This document shows, piece after piece, positions 29,127 to 38,735 of a DNA stretch of 64,000 bases (within the stretch, counting starts at the first letter, position 1; every line of letters begins with the position of its first letter). The notes beneath the pieces were generated by a model that was not told the origin of the DNA, searched no databases, and saw only the letters and a list, made by a program, of their open reading frames with translations. The DNA comes from Dehalococcoidia bacterium (GTDB lineage: Bacteria > Chloroflexota > Dehalococcoidia > SM23-28-2): contig CP070630.1 in NCBI GenBank assembly GCA_020356025.1, forward strand, positions 1,831,697-1,895,696. Reading direction: 5' to 3'. The translations under genes were made by a program, and so were the position numbers.

Positions 29127-30500
29127 CTAGACCTCACTCCGACTGCGGAAGATCAGTTTAATGGCCGTTCCCTGGAAGCCAAAAGCCTTGCGGATGGAGT
29201 TCTCCAGGTAGCGTCGATAGGAAAAGTGGAGGAGCGAGGGAGCGTTTACAAAGAACACGAACGTGGGCGGCCGCGTCTGGGCCTGGGTCACGTAGAGCAG
29301 CTTCAGCCGCTGTCCCTGGACGGAGGGCGGGCCATGAGCCGCCACAGCCTTGCGCATGGCGACATTCAGTTCAGCAGTAGCCACCCGCTCGTTGCGCGTC
29401 GCCCCCGCCGCCAGCGCCGCATCGAGCAGTTCATCGATGCCACTGCGCTCCTTAGCCGAAACGAAGCACACGGGGGCCCAGGGCAGAAAACGCAGACGCG
29501 CCCGCGCCGCTTTGACGAAGGCTGCCCGCGTCTCGCCGTCGCCGGGCATGAGGTCCCACTTATTGACGGCTATCACCAGACCCTTGACCGCCTCGGTCAC
29601 ATAGCCCGCGATGTGAGCATCCTGGGCAGTGATCCCGTCGCTGGCATCGGCCACCAGCAAGGCCACATCGCCCCTATCGATGGCTTTCTGCGCCCGCAGA
29701 ACGCTGTGCTTCTCCACACCGCCCTGAATGCGCCCGCGGCGACGGATGCCGGCCGTGTCGACCAGCACCAGGTCTTGCTCCTGGTAGCGGAAAGCGATGT
29801 CTATGGCATCGCGGGTGGTCCCCGGCTCCTCGCTAACGATCACCCGCTCCTGGCCCAGGATGGCGTTGAGAAGCAGCGACTTGCCCACATTCGGTCGGCC
29901 CACAATGGCCAAACGCAGACCAGCGGGCACGGCCGCCACTGCTCCGACAGGCAGGAGCACAACCAGCCTATCCATCAGCTCGGGCAGGCCCAGGCCGTGG
30001 TAGGCACTCACAGGGATGGGCTCGCCAAGGGCCAGTTCGTAGAACTCCACTGCCGCCTCCTGACGAGCCTCGTTGTCAGCTTTGTTGGCTGCCAGAACCA
30101 GCGGCTTATCTGCCCGCCGCAGGAGATTAGCGATCTCTTGGTCGGTAGCGGTGACGCCATCCCGCGCGTCCACCACCAGGACGATGACGTCAGCCTCCTC
30201 CAGAGCCACCTCCACCTGTCGCTTCACCAGCGGGATGTAGCCTTCCTCGCCGCTGGGCTCCAGACCACCGGTATCGACCAATCTGAACGCTCGCTCTCCC
30301 CACTCCACATCGGCGTACAGGCGGTCGCGGGTGGTGCCCGGAATGTCTTCCACCAGGGCCTTGCGGGAGCCGATGAGCCTGTTGAATAGAGCTGACTTAC
30401 CGACGTTGGGGCGGCCAACGATCGCTACCAGCGGCTTCTGAGCCCCTGCGGCCCCCTTCCCCTCGAAAGGCTCCTCGGTCAGGGGACCGGCCTCTCTCAT
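29127..30500 (-). CDS. der: ribosome-biogenesis GTPase Der (EngA)
   Basis: Two G domains ([14 protein letters not shown] and [14 protein letters not shown]) plus a KH-like C-terminus. Confidence 0.92.
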   Translation of the reverse strand: MREAGPLTEEPFEGKGAAGAQKPLVAIVGRPNVGKSALFNRLIGSRKALVEDIPGTTRDRLYADVEWGERAFRLVDTGGLEPSGEEGYIPLVKRQVEVALEEADVIVLVVDARDGVTATDQEIANLLRRADKPLVLAANKADNEARQEAAVEFYELALGEPIPVSAYHGLGLPELMDRLVVLLPVGAVAAVPAGLRLAIVGRPNVGKSLLLNAILGQERVIVSEEPGTTRDAIDIAFRYQEQDLVLVDTAGIRRRGRIQGGVEKHSVLRAQKAIDRGDVALLVADASDGITAQDAHIAGYVTEAVKGLVIAVNKWDLMPGDGETRAAFVKAARARLRFLPWAPVCFVSAKERSGIDELLDAALAAGATRNERVATAELNVAMRKAVAAHGPPSVQGQRLKLLYVTQAQTRPPTFVFFVNAPSLLHFSYRRYLENSIRKAFGFQGTAIKLIFRSRSEV

Positions 30501-31795
30501 GGCGCTGCCTCCAGCACCACCTCGACCGATGCGGGCGATATGTCGGCCACCTGCAATCCCTCGGGCGCCTCCACTCGCGGCTCCAGGCGATGGCTGCCGG
30601 CAGCCAAGCCTGATAGGTCAACGCTCACCGTAACCTGATCGGGCGACACGTTTCGCAGCGTCGGCAGTTCACCCCGGAGTGTCACCTGCACCAGGGACGT
30701 AACACTCACCACCCGCAGATCGCTCGCCACCCCCGCCCACTGCGGTGCCACCCCAAAGGTCGCCTCGCCCTCACCCGCAGAGATGCTCACCCGCACGGTC
30801 ACCGTGCTCGACGTTACGCTGACGCCTCCAGGCAGCCCAACTATATTGACGATGCGAGTTATGTCGCTGGTGGCACCCGTGATATCGATATCGTCAGTCA
30901 CCACAAAACTGGTGACGTTCAGAAGCTCCAGAGGGCCCAGCAGGGTTACGCTGGACGGATCCAGTTCCACTGCCGTCACGTTGTAGCCGGCGGCCGGGCT
31001 GCCCTCCAGCGAAGGACTGACCACCACCAGTCGGCTGAAGCGCTTCTGCTCCACAGCTAACTCAATGTCGACGCTGCTGGGATCGAGGGTCACCCCCGCC
31101 ACTATGAAGCCCCCATCATCGCGTGGCACCAGGGAATAGGTCTGCCGCACATCACTCACCACCCCCGACAGATCGACGCTGGCCACGGCCGCCTCTACTC
31201 GGCCTACCAAATCCTCAGGGCCCGATACCACCACCTGCTCGGGCTTCACACTGGGCGTGGACATCTCATAGCCCATGGGAGGCGTTCCCACCAAGTCCAG
31301 AGACACCGGCACAACCTGGCTGACCATGGGTTTCAGTTCGACGCGCACGGTGCTCGGCGGCGCTCCCTGCGCGTGCAACGCCGGTATGACCTCTATTATG
31401 CGCAGGCCGTTGCGCCCAATCAGCGGCTCAACCTGCACCTCTACGTCTTGGGTACCTATCTGCGCTCCCAGTAGGTTCACGGTAGCTTCAAAGTCGCTAG
31501 CCGTGAGCTGGTCCCACAGATCCTCATCTGCCTCGATACGCAGGGCCACGTCGCCCAGGGGCCCACCAAGAGTCAGGCCCTCTGGCACGTTGACAGGTTC
31601 CACCGGGATGTCCACCGGGAAAACCCCTGTCCGCGTGGGATTCTCGGTGTCGACGATGAACATCCACACGCCGAAGGCCAGAGCTACCGACAGGACAGCA
31701 AGGCCGAGGTTGCCCCTGACCGACCCGAAAGCAGCCGCAATTGCGGCTCGGCTAGCCCTGAAGAACTCCCGCAGCAGACGCGCCAATCCAGCCAC
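30497..31795 (-). CDS. cdaR: YbbR-domain protein (CdaR-like regulator of CdaA)
   Basis: N-terminal TM then repeated YbbR-like beta modules; directly downstream of cdaA. Confidence 0.75.
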   Translation of the reverse strand: MAGLARLLREFFRASRAAIAAAFGSVRGNLGLAVLSVALAFGVWMFIVDTENPTRTGVFPVDIPVEPVNVPEGLTLGGPLGDVALRIEADEDLWDQLTASDFEATVNLLGAQIGTQDVEVQVEPLIGRNGLRIIEVIPALHAQGAPPSTVRVELKPMVSQVVPVSLDLVGTPPMGYEMSTPSVKPEQVVVSGPEDLVGRVEAAVASVDLSGVVSDVRQTYSLVPRDDGGFIVAGVTLDPSSVDIELAVEQKRFSRLVVVSPSLEGSPAAGYNVTAVELDPSSVTLLGPLELLNVTSFVVTDDIDITGATSDITRIVNIVGLPGGVSVTSSTVTVRVSISAGEGEATFGVAPQWAGVASDLRVVSVTSLVQVTLRGELPTLRNVSPDQVTVSVDLSGLAAGSHRLEPRVEAPEGLQVADISPASVEVVLEAAP

Positions 31796-31839
31796 CCCGC
31801 AGTGTCGTCAGAATAGACGGCGGAAGGGCGCTCTTCCGC

Positions 31840-32664
31840 TCATCGCCAGAACCGTCCCAGGCCACGGACGGGGGCACGGTCCCGCTCCCAGGCGGCGCTG
31901 AACAGGCTTCGGAGAATAGCCCGCAGGCGCGGCTTCTCCAGCCGCGAGATCATCCGCCCGTTGGCCGCCACCGAGATCTCGCCGCTTTCCTCAGAAACGA
32001 CCACAGTCACAGCATCCGTCCGTTCACTGAGCCCTAGGGCCGCCCGATGGCGAGTGCCCATGTGCCCGCGATCCGCTCTCTCCGAGAGGGGAAGCGTGCA
32101 GCCAGCAGCCACCACCCGGTCGCCCCGGAGAATCATCGCACCGTCGTGAAGGGGCGAGTTGGGATAGAACAGACCTTCCAGCAGCTCCACAGAAGGCGTG
32201 GCATCCAGTCGCACGCCTGTATCGGCATAGTCCTCCAGCCCCGTCTCCCGCTCAAGCACCATCAGAGCGCCGTGGCGGCGCTGGGAGAGATTGTCCGACG
32301 CCTCGATCACCGCGTCGAGAACGCTATCGTAGGCGGGAAACAGCGCCCGTCCCAAGCGCCCGGTTCGCCCAACCCGCTCCAGGAAGCGCCGGATCTCCGG
32401 CTGGAAGATGATGGGGATGGCGATCAGCAGGGCCGGGAAGGAGTTGCGCACCAGCCAATCCAGAACCGTCAGCTCGAAAAGCCTCACCAGAACGAAGGCC
32501 ATCGCCAGAAGGATGACAATGCCTCGCGCCAGAAAGACGGCGGTCGTTCCCCTCATGATCAGAAGAACTAGGTAGATGATGCCAGAGATGATCAGGATGT
32601 CGACAACACTGGCCGGCCCGAACTGCCCCAGAGCGTCTTCGATACTGTTGATGAAGCCGCCCAT
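31840..32664 (-). CDS. cdaA: diadenylate cyclase CdaA
   Basis: Three N-terminal TM helices, DAC domain motifs DGAMIL and GTRHRAALG. Confidence 0.9.
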   Translation of the reverse strand: MGGFINSIEDALGQFGPASVVDILIISGIIYLVLLIMRGTTAVFLARGIVILLAMAFVLVRLFELTVLDWLVRNSFPALLIAIPIIFQPEIRRFLERVGRTGRLGRALFPAYDSVLDAVIEASDNLSQRRHGALMVLERETGLEDYADTGVRLDATPSVELLEGLFYPNSPLHDGAMILRGDRVVAAGCTLPLSERADRGHMGTRHRAALGLSERTDAVTVVVSEESGEISVAANGRMISRLEKPRLRAILRSLFSAAWERDRAPVRGLGRFWR

Positions 32665-32669
32665 GTTCC

Positions 32670-33593
32670 TCAGGCCCCCTCTCCGCCCAGGATTAAGGCC
32701 AGCACGGCCTTCTGAGCGTGCAGCCTGTTCTCCGCCTGGTCAAACACCACCGATTGAGGCCCCTCGATCACCTCGTCCGCTATCTCCTCACCTCGGTGAG
32801 CAGGCAGATCATGCATCACGATAGCGTCGGGCGAGGCCAGAGCCAGCAACTCGGCATTCACCTGGTAGTCGCTGAAGGCCCGCCTCCGCTCCGCCTGCTC
32901 CTTCTCCTGGCCCATGCTCGCCCAGACATCGGTATACACTACATCGGCGCCGCGAACCGCCTCCTGAGGCGACTCGACGCAGATAACCGCAGCCCCCGAG
33001 GCAGCGGCCAGGCTCTCCGCCTTGTCTACCAGCGCCCTCGCTACGCGATAGCCCGGCGGCGAGGCAATCCGAAAGTCCATTCCCACCATGGCCGCCCCCA
33101 GCATGAGCGAGCGGGCAACGTTGTTGCCGTCGCCCACGAAGGACAGCACGACGCCCTGCCACCGATCCTTCTTCTCGTAGATGGTCAGCAGATCAGCCAG
33201 CGCCTGGCAGGGGTGCTCGCCATCGGAGAGGGCATTTATCACCGGAACGTCGGCCCAGCGAGCTAGCTCTTCCACCGTCTCGTGCTTGAAGGTGCGTGCG
33301 GCGATGGCGTCCACGTAGCGACTGAGAACTCTCGCTACGTCGGCCACAGGCTCTCGCTCGCCTAGGCCCACCTCCGCCGGCGATAGGTAGAGGGCATGGC
33401 CTCCCAGTTGCTGCATCGCTACATCGAAGCTCACTCGCGTGCGCAGGGATGGCTTCTCGAACACAAGAGCCAGGGTCTTCCCGCCCAGGATGGCGACCGA
33501 CTGGCCATTCTTCGTGTGCAAGGCCATATCGACGACCCGCTGGACGTCCCGCGGAGAGAGATCAGCAACCGATATGAGGTGCCGCCCGTGCAA
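32670..33593 (-). CDS. argF: ornithine carbamoyltransferase
   Basis: FEKPSLRTRVSF, HPCQALAD, DVWASMG, AENRLHAQKA; HCLP motif reads HDLP (see findings). Confidence 0.88.
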   Translation of the reverse strand: MHGRHLISVADLSPRDVQRVVDMALHTKNGQSVAILGGKTLALVFEKPSLRTRVSFDVAMQQLGGHALYLSPAEVGLGEREPVADVARVLSRYVDAIAARTFKHETVEELARWADVPVINALSDGEHPCQALADLLTIYEKKDRWQGVVLSFVGDGNNVARSLMLGAAMVGMDFRIASPPGYRVARALVDKAESLAAASGAAVICVESPQEAVRGADVVYTDVWASMGQEKEQAERRRAFSDYQVNAELLALASPDAIVMHDLPAHRGEEIADEVIEGPQSVVFDQAENRLHAQKAVLALILGGEGA

Positions 33594-33624
33594 TCCTCAG
33601 AAAGCCTCCTCTCCTGACATAGCT

Positions 33625-33633
33625 AGTATAGCA
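33625..33633 (-). promoter_or_regulatory. extended -10 box TGCTATACT (minus strand) upstream of argF
   Basis: Complement of agtatagca at 33625-33633, about 30 nt upstream of the argF ATG, with an AGGAGG between. Confidence 0.4.
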
Positions 33634-33704
33634 TGAGCACGAAATCTTTCAATTCTCACCATCGCCTGCGGGCACAATGGCCGCCGCCCACGCCTCGCTC
33701 ACGG

Positions 33705-33732
33705 TTGACTTTCGCTGCCATCAGTCTACAAT
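33705..33732 (+). promoter_or_regulatory. putative promoter TTGACT-16-TACAAT for the SBP gene
   Basis: ttgact 33705-33710, tacaat 33727-33732; a second tgctagaat box follows. Confidence 0.4.
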
Positions 33733-33762
33733 GCTGCTAGAATCGCCCGTGAAGGAGAAAGG

Positions 33763-35079
33763 ATGCGACCCATGCAGCACGTAGTCATGGTCTGCAAGCG
33801 CAGCAGCCTCCTCGCCATCTTCCTTCTGGCACTCCTCGCCACCATCCCCTTGACGTTAGCCTGCGAGGGTGAAGAGGACGAAGCCGTCACCCCCACTCCC
33901 GCCGTCACCCACACCGCCACGCCGGCGGATACGCCCACCCCGACGGCAGTGGGACCAGGCATCACCGACGAAGAAATAATCCTTGGCCAGCACGCCATGC
34001 TTGGTGGCACATTGGGAGCGGTCTATTCCATGCTCCCCCAGACGCACCAGGCCTACTTCAAGTGGGTCAACGAGACCCAGGGAGGCGTCTGTGGCCGCGA
34101 CATCGTCCTGAAGGTAGAGGACAACGGCAGCGACCCCGCAAGGGCTCTTGAGGTCACCCGCAAGCTGCTGGAGCAGGACCAGGTATTCGCCATTTTCGGA
34201 GGAGTGGGCGATCACCCCCATTCCTCCGTTCAGCCCTACCTGAACGAACTGGGAGTGCCCGACCTGTTCATCACGGGAGGAGCGCACACCGGAGGTGCCA
34301 ATCCTGAGGAATTCCCCTGGTCCGTCGGCGGCCCGCCCGACTACCGCACGGAGGGGAACTTCTTTGGCCAGTACATCTCCGACAATCTGCCGGGCAAGAA
34401 GGTAGCTGTCCTATACGAGAACCACCACCTCGGCTGGGATGGCCTGGAAGGAGTGAAGGCTGGTCTCGACCCCGAAAAGAACGAGTTGGTCACCGAGCAG
34501 AGCTATGAGCTCACCGCCGTCGACATCCGCTCCCAAATCATCAACATGAAAGACGCCGGCGCTGAGGTGGTCGTCCTTTACTCCACGCCCGGTTTCACTG
34601 CTCAGGCCATCAAGCAGGCCGACCGCATGGGCTGGGACCCTCAGTTCCTGGCCAGCTACGTCAACTCCGATCCTATCCTGTTCCAGTTCGTCCCCGCTGA
34701 GCTGGCGGAGGGCCTGATCTCATTCAATGCCTTCAAGATCCCGGACAACACCGACGACCCGGCCATAGCCCAGCACCATCAGATCATGCAGGACTACGGC
34801 GGGCCATCCCCCGGCGTCTTCACCATCTATGCCCAGTTGACAGCGGAGGTCATGATCGAGGCCCTCAGCAGAACCTGTGACAACTTGACCCGACAGGGCC
34901 TGATGGACGCCGTCGAGTCGATAACAGACTACCGTAGCGATCTGCTGCTGGAGGGTGTGACTGTCACCTTAAGCGACACCGACCACTGGACCCTCCAGTC
35001 CGGCCCCATGGAGCGGGTTGTCGTGGAGGATGGCAAGGGCAGGTGGGAGTACTTCGGCCCCGTCTACACGTTCGATTAG
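33763..35079 (+). CDS. ABC-transporter substrate-binding lipoprotein (LivJ/branched-chain-amino-acid-type family)
   Basis: Signal peptide plus lipobox (LTLAC), acidic/Thr-Pro linker, then GITDEEIILGQH...GGVCGR..., typical of Peripla_BP_6 proteins. Confidence 0.82.
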   Translation: MRPMQHVVMVCKRSSLLAIFLLALLATIPLTLACEGEEDEAVTPTPAVTHTATPADTPTPTAVGPGITDEEIILGQHAMLGGTLGAVYSMLPQTHQAYFKWVNETQGGVCGRDIVLKVEDNGSDPARALEVTRKLLEQDQVFAIFGGVGDHPHSSVQPYLNELGVPDLFITGGAHTGGANPEEFPWSVGGPPDYRTEGNFFGQYISDNLPGKKVAVLYENHHLGWDGLEGVKAGLDPEKNELVTEQSYELTAVDIRSQIINMKDAGAEVVVLYSTPGFTAQAIKQADRMGWDPQFLASYVNSDPILFQFVPAELAEGLISFNAFKIPDNTDDPAIAQHHQIMQDYGGPSPGVFTIYAQLTAEVMIEALSRTCDNLTRQGLMDAVESITDYRSDLLLEGVTVTLSDTDHWTLQSGPMERVVVEDGKGRWEYFGPVYTFD

Positions 35080-35110
35080 CGGGAAAAACGCCCGCCCTGC
35101 CCCCTATGCT

Positions 35111-35887
35111 CTAGTGGAATCGAGGCTCTCGCTTCTCCAGGAAGGCCCGCACGCCCTCGGCGAACTCGGGCGAGCGAACGCAGGTCGCCAGGAAGCCCAA
35201 CTCCGAAGCCTCGGCGCCGGCCAGGTCGGACACCAGCCCCTGGTGCAAGGCTTCTTTCGCCAACCCCAGGGTGTAGGTCGGCCCCTGGGCCAGAGTAGTG
35301 GCCAGCGACATAGCCTCCGTCATCAGCTCTTCGTGGGGAACTATCTTGCTCACCAGCCCAACGTCCAGAGCCTTCTGAGCATCGATGATGCGGCCGAGCA
35401 GGGCCAGCTCCTTGGCCTTGGCCAATCCTATCAGCCGGGGCAAGAGGAAAGTGCTGCCGAATTCGGGAACCAGGCCCACCCGCACGAATATCGGCCCGAA
35501 GCGCGCTCGGTCGGAGGCAATGCGGATGTCGCACGTTAGCGTCATAGTGAAGCCCACACCCACCGCCGGCCCGTTGATAGCAGCTATGGTCGGCTTCTTG
35601 AGGTTGAACATCAGTTGACAAAGGCTCTCCGACCCTGACAGAGCCTGGTCCGCCCTCCTCCCTTCGAGGCCAGCCTGGAATTCCCGCACGTCGGCGCCCG
35701 AGCAGAAGCCCCGACCGGCGCCCGTCAGGACGACGCAGCCAATGTCCTCGTCGTCCTCCGCCTGATGGAAGGCCTGGAGCATCTCATCACCCATACTGGA
35801 CACGAAAGCATTCAGCACCTCCGGCCGGTTCAGGGTAATGGTGGCAACTCGATCCTTCTTCTCGTAGAGGATGTTCTCAAAGCTCAT
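35111..35887 (-). CDS. enoyl-CoA hydratase/isomerase (crotonase family)
   Basis: 258 aa; ITLNRPEVLNAF...VVLTGAGRGFCSGADV...AINGPAVGVG. Confidence 0.88.
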   Translation of the reverse strand: MSFENILYEKKDRVATITLNRPEVLNAFVSSMGDEMLQAFHQAEDDEDIGCVVLTGAGRGFCSGADVREFQAGLEGRRADQALSGSESLCQLMFNLKKPTIAAINGPAVGVGFTMTLTCDIRIASDRARFGPIFVRVGLVPEFGSTFLLPRLIGLAKAKELALLGRIIDAQKALDVGLVSKIVPHEELMTEAMSLATTLAQGPTYTLGLAKEALHQGLVSDLAGAEASELGFLATCVRSPEFAEGVRAFLEKREPRFH

Positions 35888-35926
35888 GGCTCCCCCTCGT
35901 ATCGCCTGCCCCCCAAGGCTGGATTC

Positions 35927-37459
35927 TCACTCTATCGCTGCGATGTTGCGGCCCGTCTCGGCATCGTGCCTCACCTTCAGCCTCCGACCCACCATCTCCT
36001 CCTCCGTCATCCACTGCAGCAGCTCTGGGTCTGTCCCCGTACTGGCGATGAACCTGCTCCCGTCTTCCAGCCGCCCGAACACCACACCGAACTTCGGCTC
36101 GCCCTCGCGATCGAACACGACCGTATACGTTTCCACCGTCCCAGCGCCCTGGGCCACCTCCACGAACGGCGGGTGAGGCGTGGCGTCCAGTTCCGCCTGA
36201 TCCTGCGCTGAATCAACCCTTTTCCACTCACGCTCCGGCGCCATGCCGCTGTAGATCCCCTGAGTGTGCTTGGTGAAGTACCAGCCCAACCCGGTCACCA
36301 GGGCCTTGCGCTGAGGCTCCCGGCGCAGCCGCTCCACCATCGCGCATACGGCGTGCAGGCTGTAGTTGTTTCCGGGGCCCCCGAAGTAGGGGAGACCGCC
36401 CGCCAGGGTAATGGGCCGCGGATCGTCCTCGGCGATGCCCAGCATGTCGCGCGCGACTTCCACCGCGGACGGGAAGCAACTGTAGAGGTCGAACCAATCG
36501 ATCTCCTCGATGCCGACGCCGGCCATCTTCAGTGCCCTTCGACCGACCAGGGCCATGGCCGGCGAGCTGTAGTAGTTGAGCCGTTCGCTGAGGTACCAGA
36601 TGTCGTTGGCGTCGGCGCATCCCCAGATGTACACCCACTTCTCCTTGGGGATGCCCAACTCCTGGGCTGTGCCCACGCTGGTCATGATCACCGCCGCTGC
36701 CTGGTCCACCTCCATGATGGCGTTCATGTACTTGGGGTAAGGAAAGCAGATCATGCGGTTCTCAGGGGTGACCGTCCCGATCTCCTCAGCCGTCTTGCCA
36801 TCTCGGAACCAGGCAAACGGATTGTCCCTGGCCACCTGGGCCAGGCGCGCGCACAGCGCTGCCAGCCGCCGCTGATGCTCACCGATCGGCCGCCCCTTAT
36901 GGGCCCGAATCGCGTTCTCGAACAGAGCGTAAATCCGCAACGGCGCATTGGCACCATGGCGCATCTCGATTTCGGTGCTACCCATTCGAGCATCCCCGGC
37001 CATCGCCTCGGGAGGTGTCCACCGCCGACCGCGCCGCCAGCCTCGCGCCCCACCCCGCCAGCCTTGTCGCCCGCCGGTTCCCAGCTTGACCACCGATCGC
37101 ATCGCTTCCGCCCCCGCCACCAGCGCCAGACGGCTCTCGCCCCGAGCGATGCGCTCCGCCGTGCGGTTAATCAACCACTGCGACGCCGTGGCGCCAATCG
37201 TCGTGTAGCACTTATCGCTCGGTTGGGCGCCGACCGCCTCGGCCAGCAGACCGGGCGCATCCCCATACGACCATGAGAGGATATTGGCCACCCCAACCGA
37301 GTCCAGCCGCCCCAGCAGATCCTTGCACTGGGCATCCTCCTCGGCCCCCCTCGCCACCTTGGCCATCATCTCCAGCGGCCCCAGAGCATCGTCCGGATCA
37401 TCGGAGCGATTGGTGTACTGGGCCGCTCCGACGATGATGGGCAACTCTCGTTCGTTCAT
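35927..37459 (-). CDS. thiolase-fold protein lacking the nucleophilic Cys, with an extra C-terminal OB-like domain (TLP1-like architecture)
   Basis: 510 aa. Thiolase-like N-terminal and C-terminal halves. The nucleophile position reads TIG[A]TAS, 17 residues before the conserved Gly of IARGES..LVAGAEAM. The C-terminal about 90 aa (AQGAGTVETYTVVFDREGEPKFGVVFGRLEDGSRF...) looks like a DUF35-type OB fold. Confidence 0.65.
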   Translation of the reverse strand: MNERELPIIVGAAQYTNRSDDPDDALGPLEMMAKVARGAEEDAQCKDLLGRLDSVGVANILSWSYGDAPGLLAEAVGAQPSDKCYTTIGATASQWLINRTAERIARGESRLALVAGAEAMRSVVKLGTGGRQGWRGGARGWRRGRRWTPPEAMAGDARMGSTEIEMRHGANAPLRIYALFENAIRAHKGRPIGEHQRRLAALCARLAQVARDNPFAWFRDGKTAEEIGTVTPENRMICFPYPKYMNAIMEVDQAAAVIMTSVGTAQELGIPKEKWVYIWGCADANDIWYLSERLNYYSSPAMALVGRRALKMAGVGIEEIDWFDLYSCFPSAVEVARDMLGIAEDDPRPITLAGGLPYFGGPGNNYSLHAVCAMVERLRREPQRKALVTGLGWYFTKHTQGIYSGMAPEREWKRVDSAQDQAELDATPHPPFVEVAQGAGTVETYTVVFDREGEPKFGVVFGRLEDGSRFIASTGTDPELLQWMTEEEMVGRRLKVRHDAETGRNIAAIE

Positions 37460-37558
37460 TGAAGTCTCACAAAGCTTCCCGGCGCCAGGGCACCGTTCGA
37501 AGGTAGCGAGAAGTCGCAGCAGGAAGACGCTTCGCCCTGCGCCGCCTATTCGCCTGGC

Positions 37559-37768
37559 TCAGACAGCAACTGGTTTGAAGTACCGGATATCCAGGAGAGA
37601 GCCCTTGCGCTGCCGTCGAGGCCGCACGACCGCCGCCACCGGCAAGCCGATGTCCACGTCCTCAGCCATGGTCTCACCCAACCTGTGCACGAGGAACCCG
37701 TCCGCCCCCGCTTCATCTCTTGCTAGTCCTGGCAAGAGACCGCGCCATTCTGTCCAGCTTGAAGATGG
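37559..37768 (-). pseudogene. remnant of a DUF35 OB-fold gene (C-terminal about 50 codons only)
   Basis: Manual translation of the frame overlapping the 3' end of ORF 37713..38714: ...GADGFLVHRLGETMAEDVDIGLPVAAVVRPRRQRKGSLLDIRYFKPVAV*. It aligns with the C-terminus of the intact DUF35 protein at 42489..42974 (GADGCLSHILGG...VWRDERKGEIGDIEYFRPV). The frame is closed by a stop at 37769-37771 and has no Zn ribbon. Confidence 0.6.
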
Positions 37769-38714
37769 TTACAAACTCTTGGTTCTTGCTGATCCACAGC
37801 TTTTTCAGGATCACGGCGTCGGTGAGGGCGCCCCTATACGCTAAGCCGTCTAGAAGTACTCTCGGGTCTTCACAGACCATCACGAAGTCGGGGGATGCGA
37901 CCTTCCCCTGCCGTAGCCTTATCTCTCCGTCATCGATAAGGATGCCGAACTCCCCTCCCATGGTCTTGACCTGGATGTCCCGCTTCCACTCGGCGATGTC
38001 TCGCTTGGCGCGCTCAGTGCGGTTCATCTCCTCGATCACAGAAGCTATCTCCCTGACAGAATCCTCGTAGATGCCCACTTGCTCCTTCGAGGCTTTGGGC
38101 AGCTGGGGAATCACTGCTGCTTCCCAGTTGATCTCAGATTCCTGGAGGCCCTTTTTCTCCACCTGCTCCGGCGTGAGCTCACAAGTGGGGACGCAGAAGA
38201 TATCTGATGATTCGCCGATGCGATCGTCCCGAAAGACGACTTTGACCTCGGCACCCTTCTTAATCAGTCCCGGCACCAGTATGCCGGTTGTCGTGTAGAC
38301 GTTGACGCTTAGGGCAGTGTCAGCCCCGTTCAGAATCACCCGGCCGCGGCCGAAGGGCGCCATACGCTGAAATAGGGAGGTAGCGAAATAGGTGATGGGT
38401 GGTGTGCTGTTCATTACCCCCACCTGCTGCACCTCCACCAGCTCAGTGGGAGTAAACTCGCAGTCGGGACAATGGGTCAGGAAGGGGGGCACTCGTACTA
38501 ACCCGCATCTGGTGCACTTGCATCCGAGGATCCTCTTCTCATCCCGCAAAGCGACGAAGTAGGGAGACAACTCCCCCTTGCTGCGCTGATAGAAAGTGAA
38601 CATGGCATCGTTGGCTACCAGATAATCCTTCCCGTCGATGGCCACAGTCCGCGACCCCGGCTCAGGTATAATCTCGGTGGGTATAACCTTGGCGCTGGCT
38701 TTTCGCTCTGTCAC
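37713..38714 (-). CDS. DUF35 (Zn-ribbon plus OB-fold) protein fused to a C-terminal SCP2-like lipid-binding domain
   Basis: CKCTRCG...CPDCEF ribbon, OB region LNGADTALSVNVYTT..GAEVKVVFRDDRIGESSDIF. The C-terminal about 110 aa (FGILIDDGEIRLRQGKVASPDFVMVCEDPRVLLDGLAYRGALTDAVILKKLWISKN) is SCP2-like by eye. Confidence 0.65.
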   Translation of the reverse strand: MTERKASAKVIPTEIIPEPGSRTVAIDGKDYLVANDAMFTFYQRSKGELSPYFVALRDEKRILGCKCTRCGLVRVPPFLTHCPDCEFTPTELVEVQQVGVMNSTPPITYFATSLFQRMAPFGRGRVILNGADTALSVNVYTTTGILVPGLIKKGAEVKVVFRDDRIGESSDIFCVPTCELTPEQVEKKGLQESEINWEAAVIPQLPKASKEQVGIYEDSVREIASVIEEMNRTERAKRDIAEWKRDIQVKTMGGEFGILIDDGEIRLRQGKVASPDFVMVCEDPRVLLDGLAYRGALTDAVILKKLWISKNQEFVTIFKLDRMARSLARTSKR

Positions 38715-38735
38715 GATTAGCCTCCTTCAGTCCCT

